Positions 11,161 through 26,300 of a stretch of 29,479 bases of DNA are shown here, in pieces. This stretch comes from Utricularia gibba (taxonomy: Eukaryota > Plantae > Magnoliophyta). A program made the translations under genes and the position numbers. The stretch spans positions 1 to 29,479 of the forward strand of contig NEEC01000504.1 in assembly GCA_002189035.1 (NCBI GenBank), read 5' to 3'. The notes beneath the pieces are model-generated. The model did no database searches. It worked only from the letters and a program-made list of their open reading frames with translations, and was not told the DNA's origin. Within the stretch, counting starts at the first letter, position 1. Every line of letters starts with the position of its first letter.

Positions 11161-11316
11161 AGTTAGTTAAATAAAGTGATGGCGGTTCAGCCTACATGGT
11201 TTTTCAAGGAACAGCTTCTCGTTTTGTGGCGGCCAGTCTCGCTGGGAACTTGGTCCTTGACCCCGATTTATGCTCATGAGGTGATGCAAATTGATTAAAA
11301 AAAATGATTAAATTAC
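11161..11316 (+). repeat. Degenerate monomer with five or six block deletions (period 263 bp)
   Basis: Missing GTAGCTCGGA, most of TATTTATTAAC (replaced by GCG), TTTTTGGGGGCTG, CAACCG and GCCTTTGTT. The anchor interval is 11054-11317. Confidence 0.9.
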
Positions 11317-14300
11317 GATATCACGTGCACCCACATGATTTTTTCAACAACTTACTTTATACTTGAGGAGGCGGTCTTGGGTGCACCTAGAACGGGACAA
11401 AGGTCAGGTTTGGCTTGCGCGAGAGTTAGTTGTAGCTCGGAAATAAAGTGATGTATTTATTAACGTTCAGTTTTGGGGCTGCCTACATGGTTTTTCAAGG
11501 AACAGCTTCTCGTTTTGTGGCGGCCAGTCTCGCTGGGAACTTGGTCCTTGACCCCGATTATGTATTGCTCATGAGGTCAACCGGATGCAAATTGATTAAA
11601 AAAATGATGCCTTTGTTTAAATTACGATATCACGTGCACCCCACATGATTTTTCAACTTACTTTTACTTGAGGAGGCGGTCTTGGGGTGCACCTAGAACG
11701 GGACAAAGGTCAGGTTTGGCTTGCGCCGAGAGTTAGTTGTAGCTCGGAAATAAAGTGATGTATTTATTAACGTTCAGTTTTTGGGGGCTGCCTACATGGT
11801 TTTTCAAGGAACTTCTCGTTTTGTGGCGGCCAGTCTCGCTGGGAACTTGGTCCTTGACCCCGATTCTGTATGCTCATGAGGTCAACCGGATGCAAATCGA
11901 TTAAAAAAATGATGCCTTTGTTTAAATTACGATATCACGTGCACCCCACATGATTTTTTCAACAACTTACTTTATACTTGAGGAGGCGGTCTTGGGGTGC
12001 ACCTAGAACGGGACAAAGGTCAGGTTTGGCTTGCGCCGAGAGTTAGTTGTACTCGGCAAATAAAGTGATGTTTATTAACGTTCAGTTTTTGGGGGCTGCC
12101 TACATGGTTTTTCAAGGAACAGCTTCTCGTTTTGTGGCGGCCAGTCTCGCTGGGAACTTGGTCCTTGACCCCGATTCTGTATGCTCATGAGGTCAACCGG
12201 ATGAAATCGATTAAAAAAATGATGCCTTTTTAAATTACGATATCACGTGCACCCCACATGATTTTTTCAACAACTTACTTATACTTGGAGGCGGTCTTGG
12301 GGTGCACCTGGAACGGGACAAAGGTCAGGTTTGGCTTGCGCCGAGAGTTAGTTGTAACTCGGCAAATAAAGTGATGTATTTATTAACGTTCAGTTTTTGG
12401 GGGCTGCCTACATGGTTTTTCAAGGAACAGCTTCTCGTTTTGTGGCGGCCAGTCTCGCTGGGAACTTGGTCCTTGACCCGATTATGTATTGCTCATGAGG
12501 TCAACCGGATGCAAATGATTAAAAAAATGATGCCTTGTTTAAATTACGATATCACGTGCACCCCACATGATTTTTTCAACAACTTACTTTATACTTGAGG
12601 AGGCGGTCTTGGGGTGCACCTAGAACGGGACAAAGGTCAGGTTTGGCTTGCGCCGAGAGTTAGTTGTACTCGGAAAATAAAGTGATGTATTTATTAACGT
12701 TCAGTTTTGGGGGCTGCCTACATGGTTTTTCAAGGAACAGCTTCTCGTTTTGTGGCGGCCAGTCTCGCTGGGAACTTGGTCCTTGACCCCGATTATGTAT
12801 TGCTCATGAGGTCAACCGGATGCAAATCGATTAAAAAAAATGATGCCTTTGTTTAAATTACGATATCACGTGCACCCACATGATTTTTTCAACAACTTAC
12901 TTTATACTTGAGGAGGCGGTCTTGGGTGCACCTAGAACGGGACAAAGGTCAGGTTTGGCTTGCGAGTTAGTTGTAGCTCGGAAAATAAAGTGATGTATTT
13001 ATTAACGTTCAGTTTTGGGGGCTGCCTACATGGTTTTTCAAGGGCTTCTCGTTTTGTGGCGGCCAGTCTCGCTGGGAACTTGGTCCTTGACCCCGATTCT
13101 GTATGCTCATGAGGTCAACCGGATGCAAATCGATTAAAGAAAATGATGCCTTTGTTTAAATTACGATATCACGTGCACCCCACATGATTTTTTCAACAAC
13201 TTGCTTTATACTTGAGGAGGCGGTCGGGTGCACCTAGAACGGGACAAAGGTCAGGTTTGGCTTGCGCCGAGAGTTAGTTGTAGCTCGGCAAATAAAGTGA
13301 TGTATTTATTAACGTTCAGTTTTTGGGGCTGCCTACATGGTTTTTCAAGGAACAGCTTCTCGTTTTGTGGCGGCCAGTCTCGCTGGGAACTTGGTCCTTG
13401 ACCCCGATTCTGTATGGCTCATGAGGTCAACCGGATGGAAATCGATTAAAGAAAATGATGCCTTTTTTAAATTACGATATCACGTGCACCCACATGATTT
13501 TTTCAACAACTTACTTTATACTTGAGGAGGCGGTCTTGGGGTGCACCTAGAACGGACAAAGGTCAGGTTTGGCTTGCGGAGAGTTAGTTGTAGCTCGGAA
13601 ATAAAGTGATGTATTTATTAACGTTCAGTTTTGGGGCTGCCTACATGGTTTTTCAAGGAACAGCTTCTCGTTTTGTGGCGGCCAGTCTCGCTGGGAACTT
13701 GGTCCTTGACCCCGATTCTGTATGGCTCATGAGGTCAACCGGATGAAATCGATTAAAAAAAAATGATGCCTTGTTTAAATTACGATATCACGTGCACCCC
13801 ACATGATTTTTTCAACAACTTACTTTATACTTGAGGAGGCGGTCTTGGGGTGCACCTAGAACGGGACAAAGGTCAGGTTTGGCTTGCGCGAGAGTTAGTT
13901 GTAGCTCGGCAAATAAAGTGATGTATTTATTAACGTTCAGTTTTGGGGGCTGCCTACATGGTTTTTCAAGAACAGCTTCTCGTTTTGTGGCGGCCAGTCT
14001 CGCTGGGAACTTGGTCCTTGACCCCGATTATGTATGCTCATGAGGTCAACCGGATGAAAGATTAAAAAAAATGATGCCTTTGTTTAAATTACGATATCAC
14101 GTGCACCCACATGATTTTTTCAACTTACTTTATACTTGAGGAGGCGGTCTTGGGTGCACCTAGAACGGGACAAAGGTCAGGTTTGGCTTGCGGAGAGTTA
14201 GTTGTAGCTCGGAAAATAAAGTGATGTATTTATTAACGTTCAGTTTTGGGGGGCTGCCTACATGGTTTTTCAAGGAACAGCTTCTCGTTTTGTGGCGGCC

Positions 14301-17300
14301 AGTCTCGCTGGGAACTTGGTCCTTGACCCCGATTCTGTATGCTCATGAGGTCAACCGGATGCAAATCGATTAAAAAAATGATGCCTTTGTTTAAATTACG
14401 ATATCACGTGCACCCCACATGATTTTTTCAACAACTTACTTTATACTTGAGGAGGCGGTCTTGGGGTGCACCTAGAACGGGACAAAGGTCAGGTTTGGCT
14501 TGCGCCGAGAGTTAGTTGTAGCTCGGCAAATAAAGTGATGTATTTATTAACGTTCAGTTTTTGGGGGCTGCCTACATGGTTTTTCAAGGAACAGCTTCTC
14601 GTTTTGTGGCGGCCAGTCTCGCTGGGAACTTGGTCCTTGACCCCGATTCTGTATGCTCATGAGGTCAACCGGATGGAAATCGATTAAAGAAAATGATGCC
14701 TTTTCTTTAAATTACGATATCACGTGCACCCCACATGATTTTTTCAACAACTTGCTTTATACTTGAGGAGGCGGTCTTGGGGTGCACCTGAACGGACAAA
14801 GGTCAGGTTTGGCTTGCGAGAGTTAGTTGCGGCAAATAAAGTGATGTATTTATTAACGTTCAGTTTTTGGGGGCTGCCTACATGGTTTTTCAAGAACAGC
14901 TTCTCGTTTTGTGGCGGCCAGTCTCGCTGGGAACTTGGTCCTTGACCCCGATTATGTATTGCTCATGAGGTCAACCGGATGCAAATCGATTAAAAAAAAT
15001 GATGCCTTTGTTTAAATTACGATATCACGTGCACCCCACATGATTTTTTCAACAACTTACTTTATACTTGAGGAGGCGGTCTTGGGGTGCACCTAGAACG
15101 GGACAAAGGTCAGGTTTGGCTTGCGGAGAGTTAGTTGTAGCTCGGAAAATAAAGTGATGTATTTATTAACGTTCAGTTTTGGGGGCTGCCTACATGGTTT
15201 TTCAAGGAACAGCTTCTCGTTTTGTGGCGGCCAGTCTCGCTGGGAACTTGGTCCTTGACCCCGATTATGTATTGCTCATGAGGTCAACCGGATGCAAATC
15301 GATTAAAAAAATGATGCCTTTGTTTAAATTACGATATCACGTGCACCCCACATGATTTTTTCAACAACTTACTTTATACTTGAGGAGGCGGTCTTGGGGT
15401 GCACCTAGAACGGGACAAAGGTCAGGTTTGGCTTGCGCGAGAGTTAGTTGTAGCTCGGAAAATAAAGTGATGTATTTATTAACGTTCAGTTTTGGGGGCT
15501 GCCTACATGGTTTTTCAAGGAACAGCTTCTCGTTTTGTGGCGGCCAGTCTCGCTGGGAACTTGGTCCTTGACCCCGATTCTGTATGCTCATGAGGTCAAC
15601 CGGATGAAATCGATTAAAAAAATGATGCCTTTGTTTAAATTACGATATCACGTGCACCCCACATGATTTTTCAACAACTTACTTTATACTTGAGGAGGCG
15701 GTCTTGGGTGCACCTAGAACGGGACAAAGGTCAGGTTTGGCTTGCGCCGAGAGTTAGTTGTAGCTCGGCAAATAAAGTGATGTATTTATTAACGTTCAGT
15801 TTTGGGGGCTGCCTACATGGTTTTTCAAGGAACAGCTTCTCGTTTTGTGGCGGCCAGTCTCGCTGGGAACTTGGTCCTTGACCCGATTCTGTATGCTCAT
15901 GAGGTCAACCGGATGCAAATCGATTAAAAAAATGATGCCTTTGTTTAAATTACGATATCACGTGCACCCCACATGATTTTTTCAACAACTTACTTTATAC
16001 TTGAGGAGGCGGTCTTGGGGTGCACCTAGAACGGGACAAAGGTCAGGTTTGGCTTGCGCCGAGAGTTAGTTGTAGCTCGGAAAATAAAGTGATGTATTTA
16101 TTAACGTTCAGTTTTGGGGGCTGCCTACATGGTTTTTCAAGGAACAGCTTCTCGTTTTGTGGCGGCCAGTCTCGCTGGGAACTTGGTCCTTGACCCCGAT
16201 TCTGTATGGCTCATGAGGTCAACCGGATGGAAATCGATTAAAAAAATGATGCCTTTGTTTAAATTACGATATCACGTGCACCCCACATGATTTTTTCAAC
16301 AACTTACTTTATACTTGAGGAGGCGGTCTTGGGGTGCACCTAGAACGGGACAAAGGTCAGGTTTGGCTTGCGCCGAGAGTTAGTTGTACTCGGAAAATAA
16401 AGTGATGTATTTATTAACGTTCAGTTTTTGGGGGCTGCCTACATGGTTTTTCAAGGAACAGCTTCTCGTTTTGTGGCGGCCAGTCTCGCTGGGAACTTGG
16501 TCCCCCCGATTCTGTAGCTCATGAGGTCAACCGGATAAATCGATTAAAAAATGATGCCTTTTTTTAAATTACGATATCACGTGCACCCCACATGATTTTT
16601 TCAACAACTTGCTTTATACTTGAGGAGGCGGTCTTGGGGTGCACCTGGAACGGGACAAAGGTCAGGTTTGGCTTGCGCCGAGAGTTAGTTGTAGCTCGGC
16701 AAATAAAGTGATGTATTTATTAACGTTCAGTTTTTGGGGCTGCCTACATGGTTTTCAAGGAACAGCTTCTCGTTTTGTGGCGGCCAGTCTCGCTGGGAAC
16801 TTGGTCCTTGACCCCGATTATGTATTGCTCATGAGGTCAACCGGATGCAAATGATTAAAAAAAATGATGCCTTTGTTTAAATTACGATATCACGTGCACC
16901 CCACATGATTTTTTCAACAACTTACTTTATACTTGAGGAGGCGGTCTTGGGTGCACCTAGAACGGGACAAAGGTCAGGTTTGGCTTGCGCGAGAGTTAGT
17001 TGTAGCTCGGAAATAAAGTGATGTATTTATTAACGTTCAGTTTTTGGGGCTGCCTACATGGTTTTCAAGGAACAGCTTCTCGTTTTTGGCGGCCAGTCTC
17101 GCTGGGAACTTGGTCCTTGACCCGATTCTGTATGCTCATGAGGTCAACCGGATGCAAATCGATTAAAAAATGATGCCTTTTTTTAAATTACGATATCACG
17201 TGCACCCCACATGATTTTTTCAACAACTTACTTTATACTTGAGGAGGCGGTCTTGGGGTGCACCTGAACGGGACAAAGGTCAGGTTTGGCTTGCGGAGAG

Positions 17301-20300
17301 TTAGTTGTAGGGAAAATAAAGTGATGTATTTATTAACGTTCAGTTTTGGGGCTGCCTACATGGTTTTTCAAGGAACAGCTTCTCGTTTTGTGGCGGCCAG
17401 TCTCGCTGGGAACTTGGTCCTTGACCCCGATTCTGTATGCTCATGAGGTCAACCGGATGCAAATCGATTAAAGAAAATGATGCCTTTGTTAAATTACGAT
17501 ATCACGTGCACCCCACATGATTTTTTCAACAACTTACTTTATACTTGAGGAGGCGGTCTTGGGGTGCACCTAGAACGGACAAAGGTCAGTTTGGCTTGCG
17601 CCGAGAGTTTAGTTGTAGCTCGGCAAATAAAGTGATGTATTTATTAACGTTCAGTTTTTTGGGGGCTGCCTACATGGTTTTTCAAGGAACAGCTTCTCGT
17701 TTTGTGCGGCCAGTCTCGCTGGGAACTTGGTTGACCCCGATTCTGTATGGCTCATGAGGTCAACCGGATGGAAATCGATTAAAAAATGATGCCTTTGTTT
17801 AAATTACGATATCACGTGCACCCCACATGATTTTTTCAACAACTTCTTTATACTTGAGGAGGCGGTCTTGGGGTGCACCTAGAACGGGACAAAGGTCAGG
17901 TTTGGCTTGCGCCGAGAGTTAGTTGTAACTCGGAATAAAGTGATGTATTTATTAACGTTCAGTTTTTGGGGGCTGCCTACATGGTTTTTCAAGAACAGCT
18001 TCTCGTTTTGTGGCGGCCAGTCTCGCTGGGAACTTGGTCCTTGACCCGATTATGTATTGCTCATGGTCAACCGGATGCAAATGATTAAAAAAATGATGCC
18101 TTGTTTAAATTACGATATCACGTGCACCCCACATGATTTTTTCAACAACTTACTTTATACTTGAGGAGGCGGTCTTGGGGTGCACCTAGAACGGACAAAG
18201 GTCAGGTTTGGCTTGCGGAGAGTTAGTTGTAGCTCGGCAAATAAAGTGATGTATTTATTAACGTTCAGTTTTTGGGGGCTGCCTACATGGTTTTTCAAGG
18301 AACAGCTTCTCGTTTTGTGGCGGCCAGTCTCGCTGGGAACTTGGTCCTTGACCCCGATTATGTATGCTCATGAGGTCAACCGGATGCAAATTGATTAAAA
18401 AAATGATGCCTTTGTTTAAATTACGATATCACGTGCACCCCACATGATTTTTCAACAACTTACTTTATACTTGAGGAGGCGGTCTTGGGTGCACCTAGAA
18501 CGGACAAAGGTCAGGTTTGGCTTGCGGAGAGTTAGTTGTAGCTCGGAAATAAAGTGATGTATTTATTAACGTTCAGTTTTGGGGCTGCCTACATGGTTTT
18601 TCAAGGAACAGCTTCTCGTTTTGTGGCGGCCAATCTCGCTGGGAACTTGGTCCTTGACCCCGATTCTGTATGCTCATGAGGTCAACCGGATGCAAATCGA
18701 TTAAAAAAATGATGCCTTTGTTTAAATTACGATATCACGTGCACCCCACATGATTTTTTCAACAACTTACTTTATACTTGAGGAGGCGGTCTTGGGGTGC
18801 ACCTAGAACGGGACAAAGGTCAGTTTGGCTTGCGTGAGAGTTAGTTGTAGCTCGGAAAATAAAGTGATGTATTTATTAACGTTCAGTTTTTGGGGCTGCC
18901 TACATGGTTTTTCAAGGAACAGCTTCTCGTTTTGTGGCGGCCAGTCTCGCTGGGAACTTGGTCCTGACCCCGATTGTAGCTCATGAGGTCAACCGGATGA
19001 AATCGATTAAAAAAATGATGCCTTTTTAAATTACGATATCACGTGCACCCCACATTTTTTTCAACAACTTGCTTTATACTTGAGGAGGCGGTCTTGGGGT
19101 GCACCTAGAACGGGACAAAGGTCAGGTTTGGCTTGCGGAGAGTTAGTTGTAGCTCGGAAAATAAAGTGATGTATTTATTAACGTTCAGTTTTGGGGCTGC
19201 CTACATGGTTTTTCAAGGAACAGCTTCTCGTTTTGTGGCGGCCAGTCTCGCTGGAATTGGTCCTTGACCCGATTCTGTATGCTCATGAGGTCAACCGGAT
19301 GAAATCGATTAAAGAAAATGATGCCTTTGTTTAAATTACGATATCACGTGCACCCCACATGATTTTTTCAACAACTTACTTTATACTTGAGGAGGCGGTC
19401 TTGGGTGCACCTAGAACGGGACAAAGGTCAGGTTTGGCTTGCGCCGAGAGTTAGTTGTAGCTCGGAAAATAAAGTGATGTATTTATTAACGTTCAGTTTT
19501 GGGGCTGCCTACATGGTTTTTCAAGGAACAGCTTCTCGTTTTGTGGCGGCCAGTCTCGCTGGGAACTTGGTCCTTGACCCCGATTCTGTATGGCTCATGA
19601 GGTCAACCGGATGCAAATCGATTAAAAAATGATGCCTTTGTTTAAATTACGATATCACGTGCACCCCACATGATTTTTTCAACAACTTACTTTATACTTG
19701 AGGAGGCGGTCTTGGGTGCACCTAGAACGGACAAAGGTCAGGTTTGGCTTGCGCGAGAGTTAGTTGTAGCTCGGAAAATAAAGTGATGTATTTATTAACG
19801 TTCAGTTTTTGGGGCTGCCTACATGGTTTTTCAAGGAACAGCTTCTCGTTTTGTGGCGGCCAGTCTCGCTGGGAACTTGGTCCTTGACCCCGATTATGTA
19901 TGGCTCATGAGGTCAACCGGATGCAAATGATTAAAAAAATGATGCCTTTGTTTAAATTACGATATCACGTGCACCCCACATGATTTTTTCAACAACTTAC
20001 TTTATACTTGAGGAGCGGTCTTGGGGTGCACCTAGAACGGGACAAAGGTCAGGTTTGGCTTGCGCCGAGAGTTAGTTGTAGCTCGGAAAATAAAGTGATG
20101 TATTTATTAACGTTCAGTTTTTTGGGGGCTGCCTACATGGTTTTTCAAGGAACAGCTTCTCGTTTTGTGGCGGCCAGTCTCGCTGGGAACTTGGTCCTTG
20201 ACCCCGATTCTGTATGCTCATGAGGTCAACCGGATGCAAATTGATTAAAAAAAATGATGCCTTTGTTTAAATTACGATATCACGTGCACCCACATGATTT

Positions 20301-23300
20301 TTTCAACAACTTACTTTATACTTGAGGAGGCGGTCTTGGGTGCACCTAGAACGGGACAAAGGTCAGGTTTGGCTTGCGCCGAGAGTTAGTTGTAGCTCGG
20401 AAATAAAGTGATGTATTTATTAACGTTCAGTTTTTGGGGCTGCCTACATGGTTTTTCAAGGAACAGCTTCTCGTTTGTGGCGGCCAGTCTCGCTGGGAAC
20501 TTGGTCCTTGACCCCGATTCTGTATGGCTCATGAGGTCAACCGGATGCAAATCGATTAAAAAAATGATGCCTTTTTTTAAATTACGATATCACGTGCACC
20601 CCACATGATTTTTTCAACAACTTACTTTATACTTGAGGAGGCGGTCTTGGGGTGCACCTGGAACGGGACAAAGGTCAGGTTTGGCTTGCGCCGAGAGTTA
20701 GTTGTCGGAAAATAAAGTGATGTATTTTTAACGTTCAGTTTTGGGGGCTGCCTACATGGTTTTTCAAGGAACAGCTTCTCGTTTTGTGCGGCCAGTCTCG
20801 CTGGGAACTTGGTACCCCGATTCTGTATGGCTCATGAGGTCAACCGGATGGAAATCGATTAAAAAAATGATGCCTTTCTTTAAATTACGATATCACGTGC
20901 ACCCCACATGATTTTTTCACAACTTGCTTTATACTTGTGGAGGCGGTCTTGGGGTGCACCTGGAACGGGACAAAGGTCAGGTTTGGCTTGCCGAGAGTTA
21001 GTTGTAACGGCAAATAAAGTGATGTATTTATTAACGTTCAGTTTTTGGGGCTACCTACATGGTTTTTCAAGAACAGCTTCTCGTTTTGTGGCGGCCAGTC
21101 TCGCTGGGAACTTGGTCCTTGACCCGATTATGTATTGCTCATGAGGTCAACCGGATGCAAATTGATTAAAAAAAATGATGCCTTTGTTTAAATTACGATA
21201 TCACGTGCACCCCACATGATTTTTTCAACAACTTACTTATACTTGAGGAGGCGGTCTTGGGTGCACCTAGAACGGGACAAAGGTCAGGTTTGGCTTGCGC
21301 CGAGAGTTAGTTGTAGCTCGGAAAATAAAGTGATGTATTTATTAACGTTCAGTTTTCGGGGGCTGCCTACATGGTTTTTCAAGGAACAGCTTCTCGTTTT
21401 GTGGCGGCCAGTCTCGCTGGGAACTTGGTCCTTGACCCCGATTATGTATTGCTCATGAGGTCAACCGGATGCAAATCGATTAAAAAAATGATGCCTTTGT
21501 TTAAATTACGATATCACGTGCACCCCACATGATTTTTTTCAACAACTTACTTTTATACTTGAGGAGGCGGTCTTGGGTGCACCTAGAACGGGACAAAGGT
21601 CAGGTTTGGCTTGCGCCGAGAGTTAGTTGTAGCTCGGAAATAAAGTGATGTATTTATTAACGTTCAGTTTTTGGGGGCTGCCTACATGGTTTTTCAAGGA
21701 ACAGCTTCTCGTTTTTTGTGGCGGCCAGTCTCGCTGGGAACTTGGTCCTTGACCCCGATTATGTATGGCTCATGAGGTCAACCGGATGGAAATCGATTAA
21801 AGAAATGATGCCTTTGTTTAAATTACGATATCACGTGCACCCACATGATTTTTTCAACAACTTACTTTATACTTGAGAGGCGGTCTTGGGGTGCACCTGG
21901 AACGGGACAAAGGTCAGGTTTGGCTTGCGCCGAGAGTTAGTTGTAGCTCGGAAAATAAAGTGATGTATTTATTAACGTTCAGTTTTTGGGGGCTGCCTAC
22001 ATGGTTTTTCAAGGAACAGCTTCTCGTTTTGTGGCGGCCAGTCTCGCTGGAACTTGGTCCCCCCGATTCTGTATGGCTCATGAGGTCAACCGGATGGAAA
22101 TCGATTAAAGAAAATGATGCCTTTGTTTAAATTACGATATCACGTGCACCCCACATGATTTTTTCAACAACTTGCTTTATACTTGAGGAGGCGGTCTTGG
22201 GGTGCACCTGGAACGGGACAAAGGTCAGGTTTGGCTTGCGCCTAGAGTTAGTTGTAGCTCGGAAAATAAAGTGATGTATTTATTAACGTTCAGTTTTTGG
22301 GGGCTGCCTACATGGTTTTTCAAGGAACAGCTTCTCGTTTTGTGGCGGCCAGTCTCGCTGGGAACTTGGTCCTTGACCCGATTATGTATGGCTCATGAGG
22401 TCAACCGGATGCAAATGATTAAAAAAAAATGATGCCTTTGTTTAAATTACGATATCACGTGCACCCCACATGATTTTTTCAACAACTTACTTTATACTTG
22501 AGGAGGCGGTCTTGGGGTGCACCTAAACGGGACAAAGGTCAGGTTTGGCTTGCGCCGAGAGTTAGTTGTAGCTCGGCAAATAAAGTGATGTATTTATTAA
22601 CGTTCAGTTTTTGGGGGCTGCCTACATGGTTTTTCAAGGAACAGCTTCTCGTTTTGTGGCGGCCAGTCTCGCTGGGAACTTGGTCCTTGACCCCGATTCT
22701 GTATGGCTCATGAGGTCAACCGGATGCAAATCGATTAAAGAAAATGATGCCTTTTTAAATTACGATATCACGTGCACCCCACATGATTTTTTCAACAACT
22801 TACTTTATACTTGAGGAGGCGGTCTTGGGGTGCACCTGGAACGGGACAAAGGTCAGGTTTGGCTTGCGCCGAGAGTTAGTTGTAGCTCGGAAAATAAAGT
22901 GATGTATTTATTAACGTTCAGTTTTTGGGGGCTACCTACATGGTTTTTCAAGAAAAGCTTCTCGTTTTGTGGCGGCCAGTCTCGCTGGGAACTTGGTCCC
23001 CCGATTCTGTATGGCTCATGAGGTCAACCGGATGGAAATCGATTAAAGAAAATGATGCCTTTCTTTAAATTACGATATCACGTGCACCCCATGATTTTTT
23101 CAACAACTTGCTTTATACTTGAGGAGGCGGTCTTGGGGTGCACGGGACAAAGGTCAGGTTTGGCTTGCGCCGAGAGTTAGTTGTAGCTCGGCAAATAAAG
23201 TGATGTATTTATTAACGTTCAGTTTTTGGGGCTGCCTACATGGTTTTTCAAGAAACAGCTTCTCGTTTTGTGGCGGCCAGTCTCGCTGGGAACTTGGTCC

Positions 23301-26300
23301 TTGACCCCGATTATGTATGGCTCATGAGGTCAACCGGATGCAAATCGATTAAAAAAAATGATGCCTTTGTTTAAATTACGATATCACGTGCACCCCACAT
23401 GATTTTTTCAACAACTTACTTTATACTTGAGGAGGCGGTCTTGGGGTGCACCTAGAACGGGACAAAGGTCAGGTTTGGCTTGCGCCGAGAGTTAGTTGTA
23501 GCTCGGAAAATAAAGTGATGTATTTATTAACGTTCAGTTTTGGGGGGCTGCCTACATGGTTTTTCAAGGAACAGCTTCTCGTTTTGTGGCGGCCAGTCTC
23601 GCTGGGAACTTGGTCCTTGACCCGTATGCTCATGAGGTCAACCGGATGCAAATTGATTAAAAAAAATGATGCCTTTGTTTAAATTACGATATCACGTGCA
23701 CCCCACATGATTTTTTCAACAACTTACTTTATACTTGAGGAGGCGGTCTTGGGGTGCACCTAGAACGGGACAAAGGTCAGGTTTGGCTTGCGCCGAGAGT
23801 TAGTTGTAGCTCGGAAAATAAAGTGATGTATTTATTAACGTTCAGTTTTTGGGGGCTGCCTACATGGTTTTTCAAGGAACAGCTTCTCGTTTTTGTGCGG
23901 CCAGTCTCGCTGGGAACTTGGTCTTGACCCCGATTATGTATGGCTCATGAGGTCAACCGGATGGAAATCGATTAAAGAAAATGATGCCTTTGTTTAAATT
24001 ACGATATCACGTGCACCCCATGATTTTTCAACAACTTACTTTATACTTGAGGAGGCGGTCTTGGGGTGCACCTGGAACGGGACAAAGGTCAGGTTTGGCT
24101 TGCGCCGAGAGTTAGTTGTAGCTCGGCAAATAAGTGATGTATTTATTAACGTTCAGTTTTGGGGGCTGCCTACATGGTTTTTCAAGGAACAGCTTCTCGT
24201 TTTGTGGCGGCCAGTCTCGCTGGGAACTTGGTCCCCGATTCTGTATGGCTCATGAGGTCAACCGGATGGAAATCGATTAAAGAAAATGATGCCTTTCTTT
24301 AAATTACGATATCACGTGCACCCCACATGATTTTTTCAACAACTTGCTTTATACTTGTGGAGGCGGTCTTGGGGTGCACCTGGAACGGGACAAAGGTCAG
24401 GTTTGGCTTGCGCCGAGAGTTAGTTGTAGCTCGGAAAATAAAGTGATGTATTTATTAACGTTCAGTTTTTGGGGGCTGCCTACATGGTTTTTCAAGAACA
24501 GCTTCTCGTTTTGTGGCGGCCAGTCTCGCTGGGAACTTGGTCCTTGACCCCGATTATGTATGGCTCATGAGGTCAACCGGATGCAAATCGATTAAAAAAA
24601 TGATGCCTTTGTTTAAATTACGATATCACGTGCACCCCACATGATTTTTTCAACAACTTACTTTATACTTGAGGAGGCGGTCTTGGGGTGCACCTAGAAC
24701 GGGACAAAGGTCAGGTTTGGCTTGCGCGAGAGTTAGTTGTAGCTCGGAAAATAAAGTGATGTATTTATTAACGTTCAGTTTTTGGGGGCTGCCTACATGG
24801 TTTTTCAAGGAACAGCTTCTCGTTTTGTGGCGGCCAGTCTCGCTGGGAACTTGGTCCTTGACCCCGATTATGTATGCTCATGAGGTCAACCGGATGCAAA
24901 TCGATTAAAAAAATGATGCCTTTGTTTAAATTACGATATCACGTGCACCCCACATGATTTTCAACAACTTACTTTATACTTGAGGAGGCGGTCTTGGGGT
25001 GCACCTAGAACGGGACAAAGGTCAGGTTTGGCTTGCGCCGAGAGTTAGTTGTAGCTCGGCAAAATGTGATGTATTTATTAACGTTCAGTTTTCGGGGGCT
25101 GCCTACATGGTTTTTCAAGGAACAGCTTCTCGTTTTGTGGCGGCCAGTCTCTGGAACTTGGTCCCCCCCGATTCTGTATGGCTCATGAGGTCAACCGGAT
25201 GCAAATCGATTAAAGAAAATGATGCCTTTCTTTAAATTACGATATCACGTGCACCCCACATGATTTTTTCAACAACTTACTTTATACTTGAGGAGGCGGT
25301 CTTGGGGTGCACCTGGAACGGGACAAAGGTCAGGTTTGGCTTGCGCCGAGAGTTAGTTGTAGCTCGGAAAATAAAGTGATGTATTTATTAACGTTCAGTT
25401 TTTGGGGCTGCCTACATGGTTTTTCAAGGAACAGCTTCTCGTTTTGTGGCGGCCAGTCTCGCTGGGAACTTGGTCCTTGACCCCGATTCTGTATGCTCAT
25501 GAGGTCAACCGGATGCAAATGATTAAAAAAAATGATGCCTTTGTTTAAATTACGATATCACGTGCACCCCATGATTTTTTCAACAACTTACTTTATACTT
25601 GAGGAGGCGGTCTTGGGGTGCACCTAGAACGGGACAAGGTCAGGTTTGGCTTGCGCCGAGAGTTAGTTGTAGCTCGGAAAATAAAGTGATGTATTTATTA
25701 ACGTTCAGTTTTTGGGGGCTGCCTACATGGTTTTTCAAGGAACAGCTTCTCGTTTTGTGGCGGCCAGTCTCGCTGGGAACTTGGTCCTTGACCCCGATTA
25801 TGTATGGCTCATGAGGTCAACCGGATGCAAATCGATTAAAAAAAATGATGCCTTTTTTAAATTACGATATCACGTGCACCCCACATGATTTTTTCAACAA
25901 CTTACTTTATACTTGAGGAGGCGGTCTTGGGGTGCACCTGAACGGGACAAAGGTCAGGTTTGGCTTGCGCCGAGAGTTAGTTGTAGCTCGGAAAAAAGTG
26001 ATGTATTTTAACGTTCAGTTTTTGGGGGCTGCCTACATGGTTTTTCAAGGAACAGCTTCTCGTTTTGTGGCGGCCAGTCTCGCTGGGAACTTGGTCCTTG
26101 ACCCCCGATTCTGTATGGCTCATGAGGTCAACCGGATGGAAATCGATTAAAGAAAATGATGCCTTTCTTTAAATTACGATATCACGTGCACCCACATGAT
26201 TTTTTCAACAACTTGCTTTATACTTGAGGAGGCGGTCTTGGGGTGCACCTGGAACGGGACAAAGGTCAGGTTTGGCTTGCGCCGAGAGTTAGTTGTAGCT

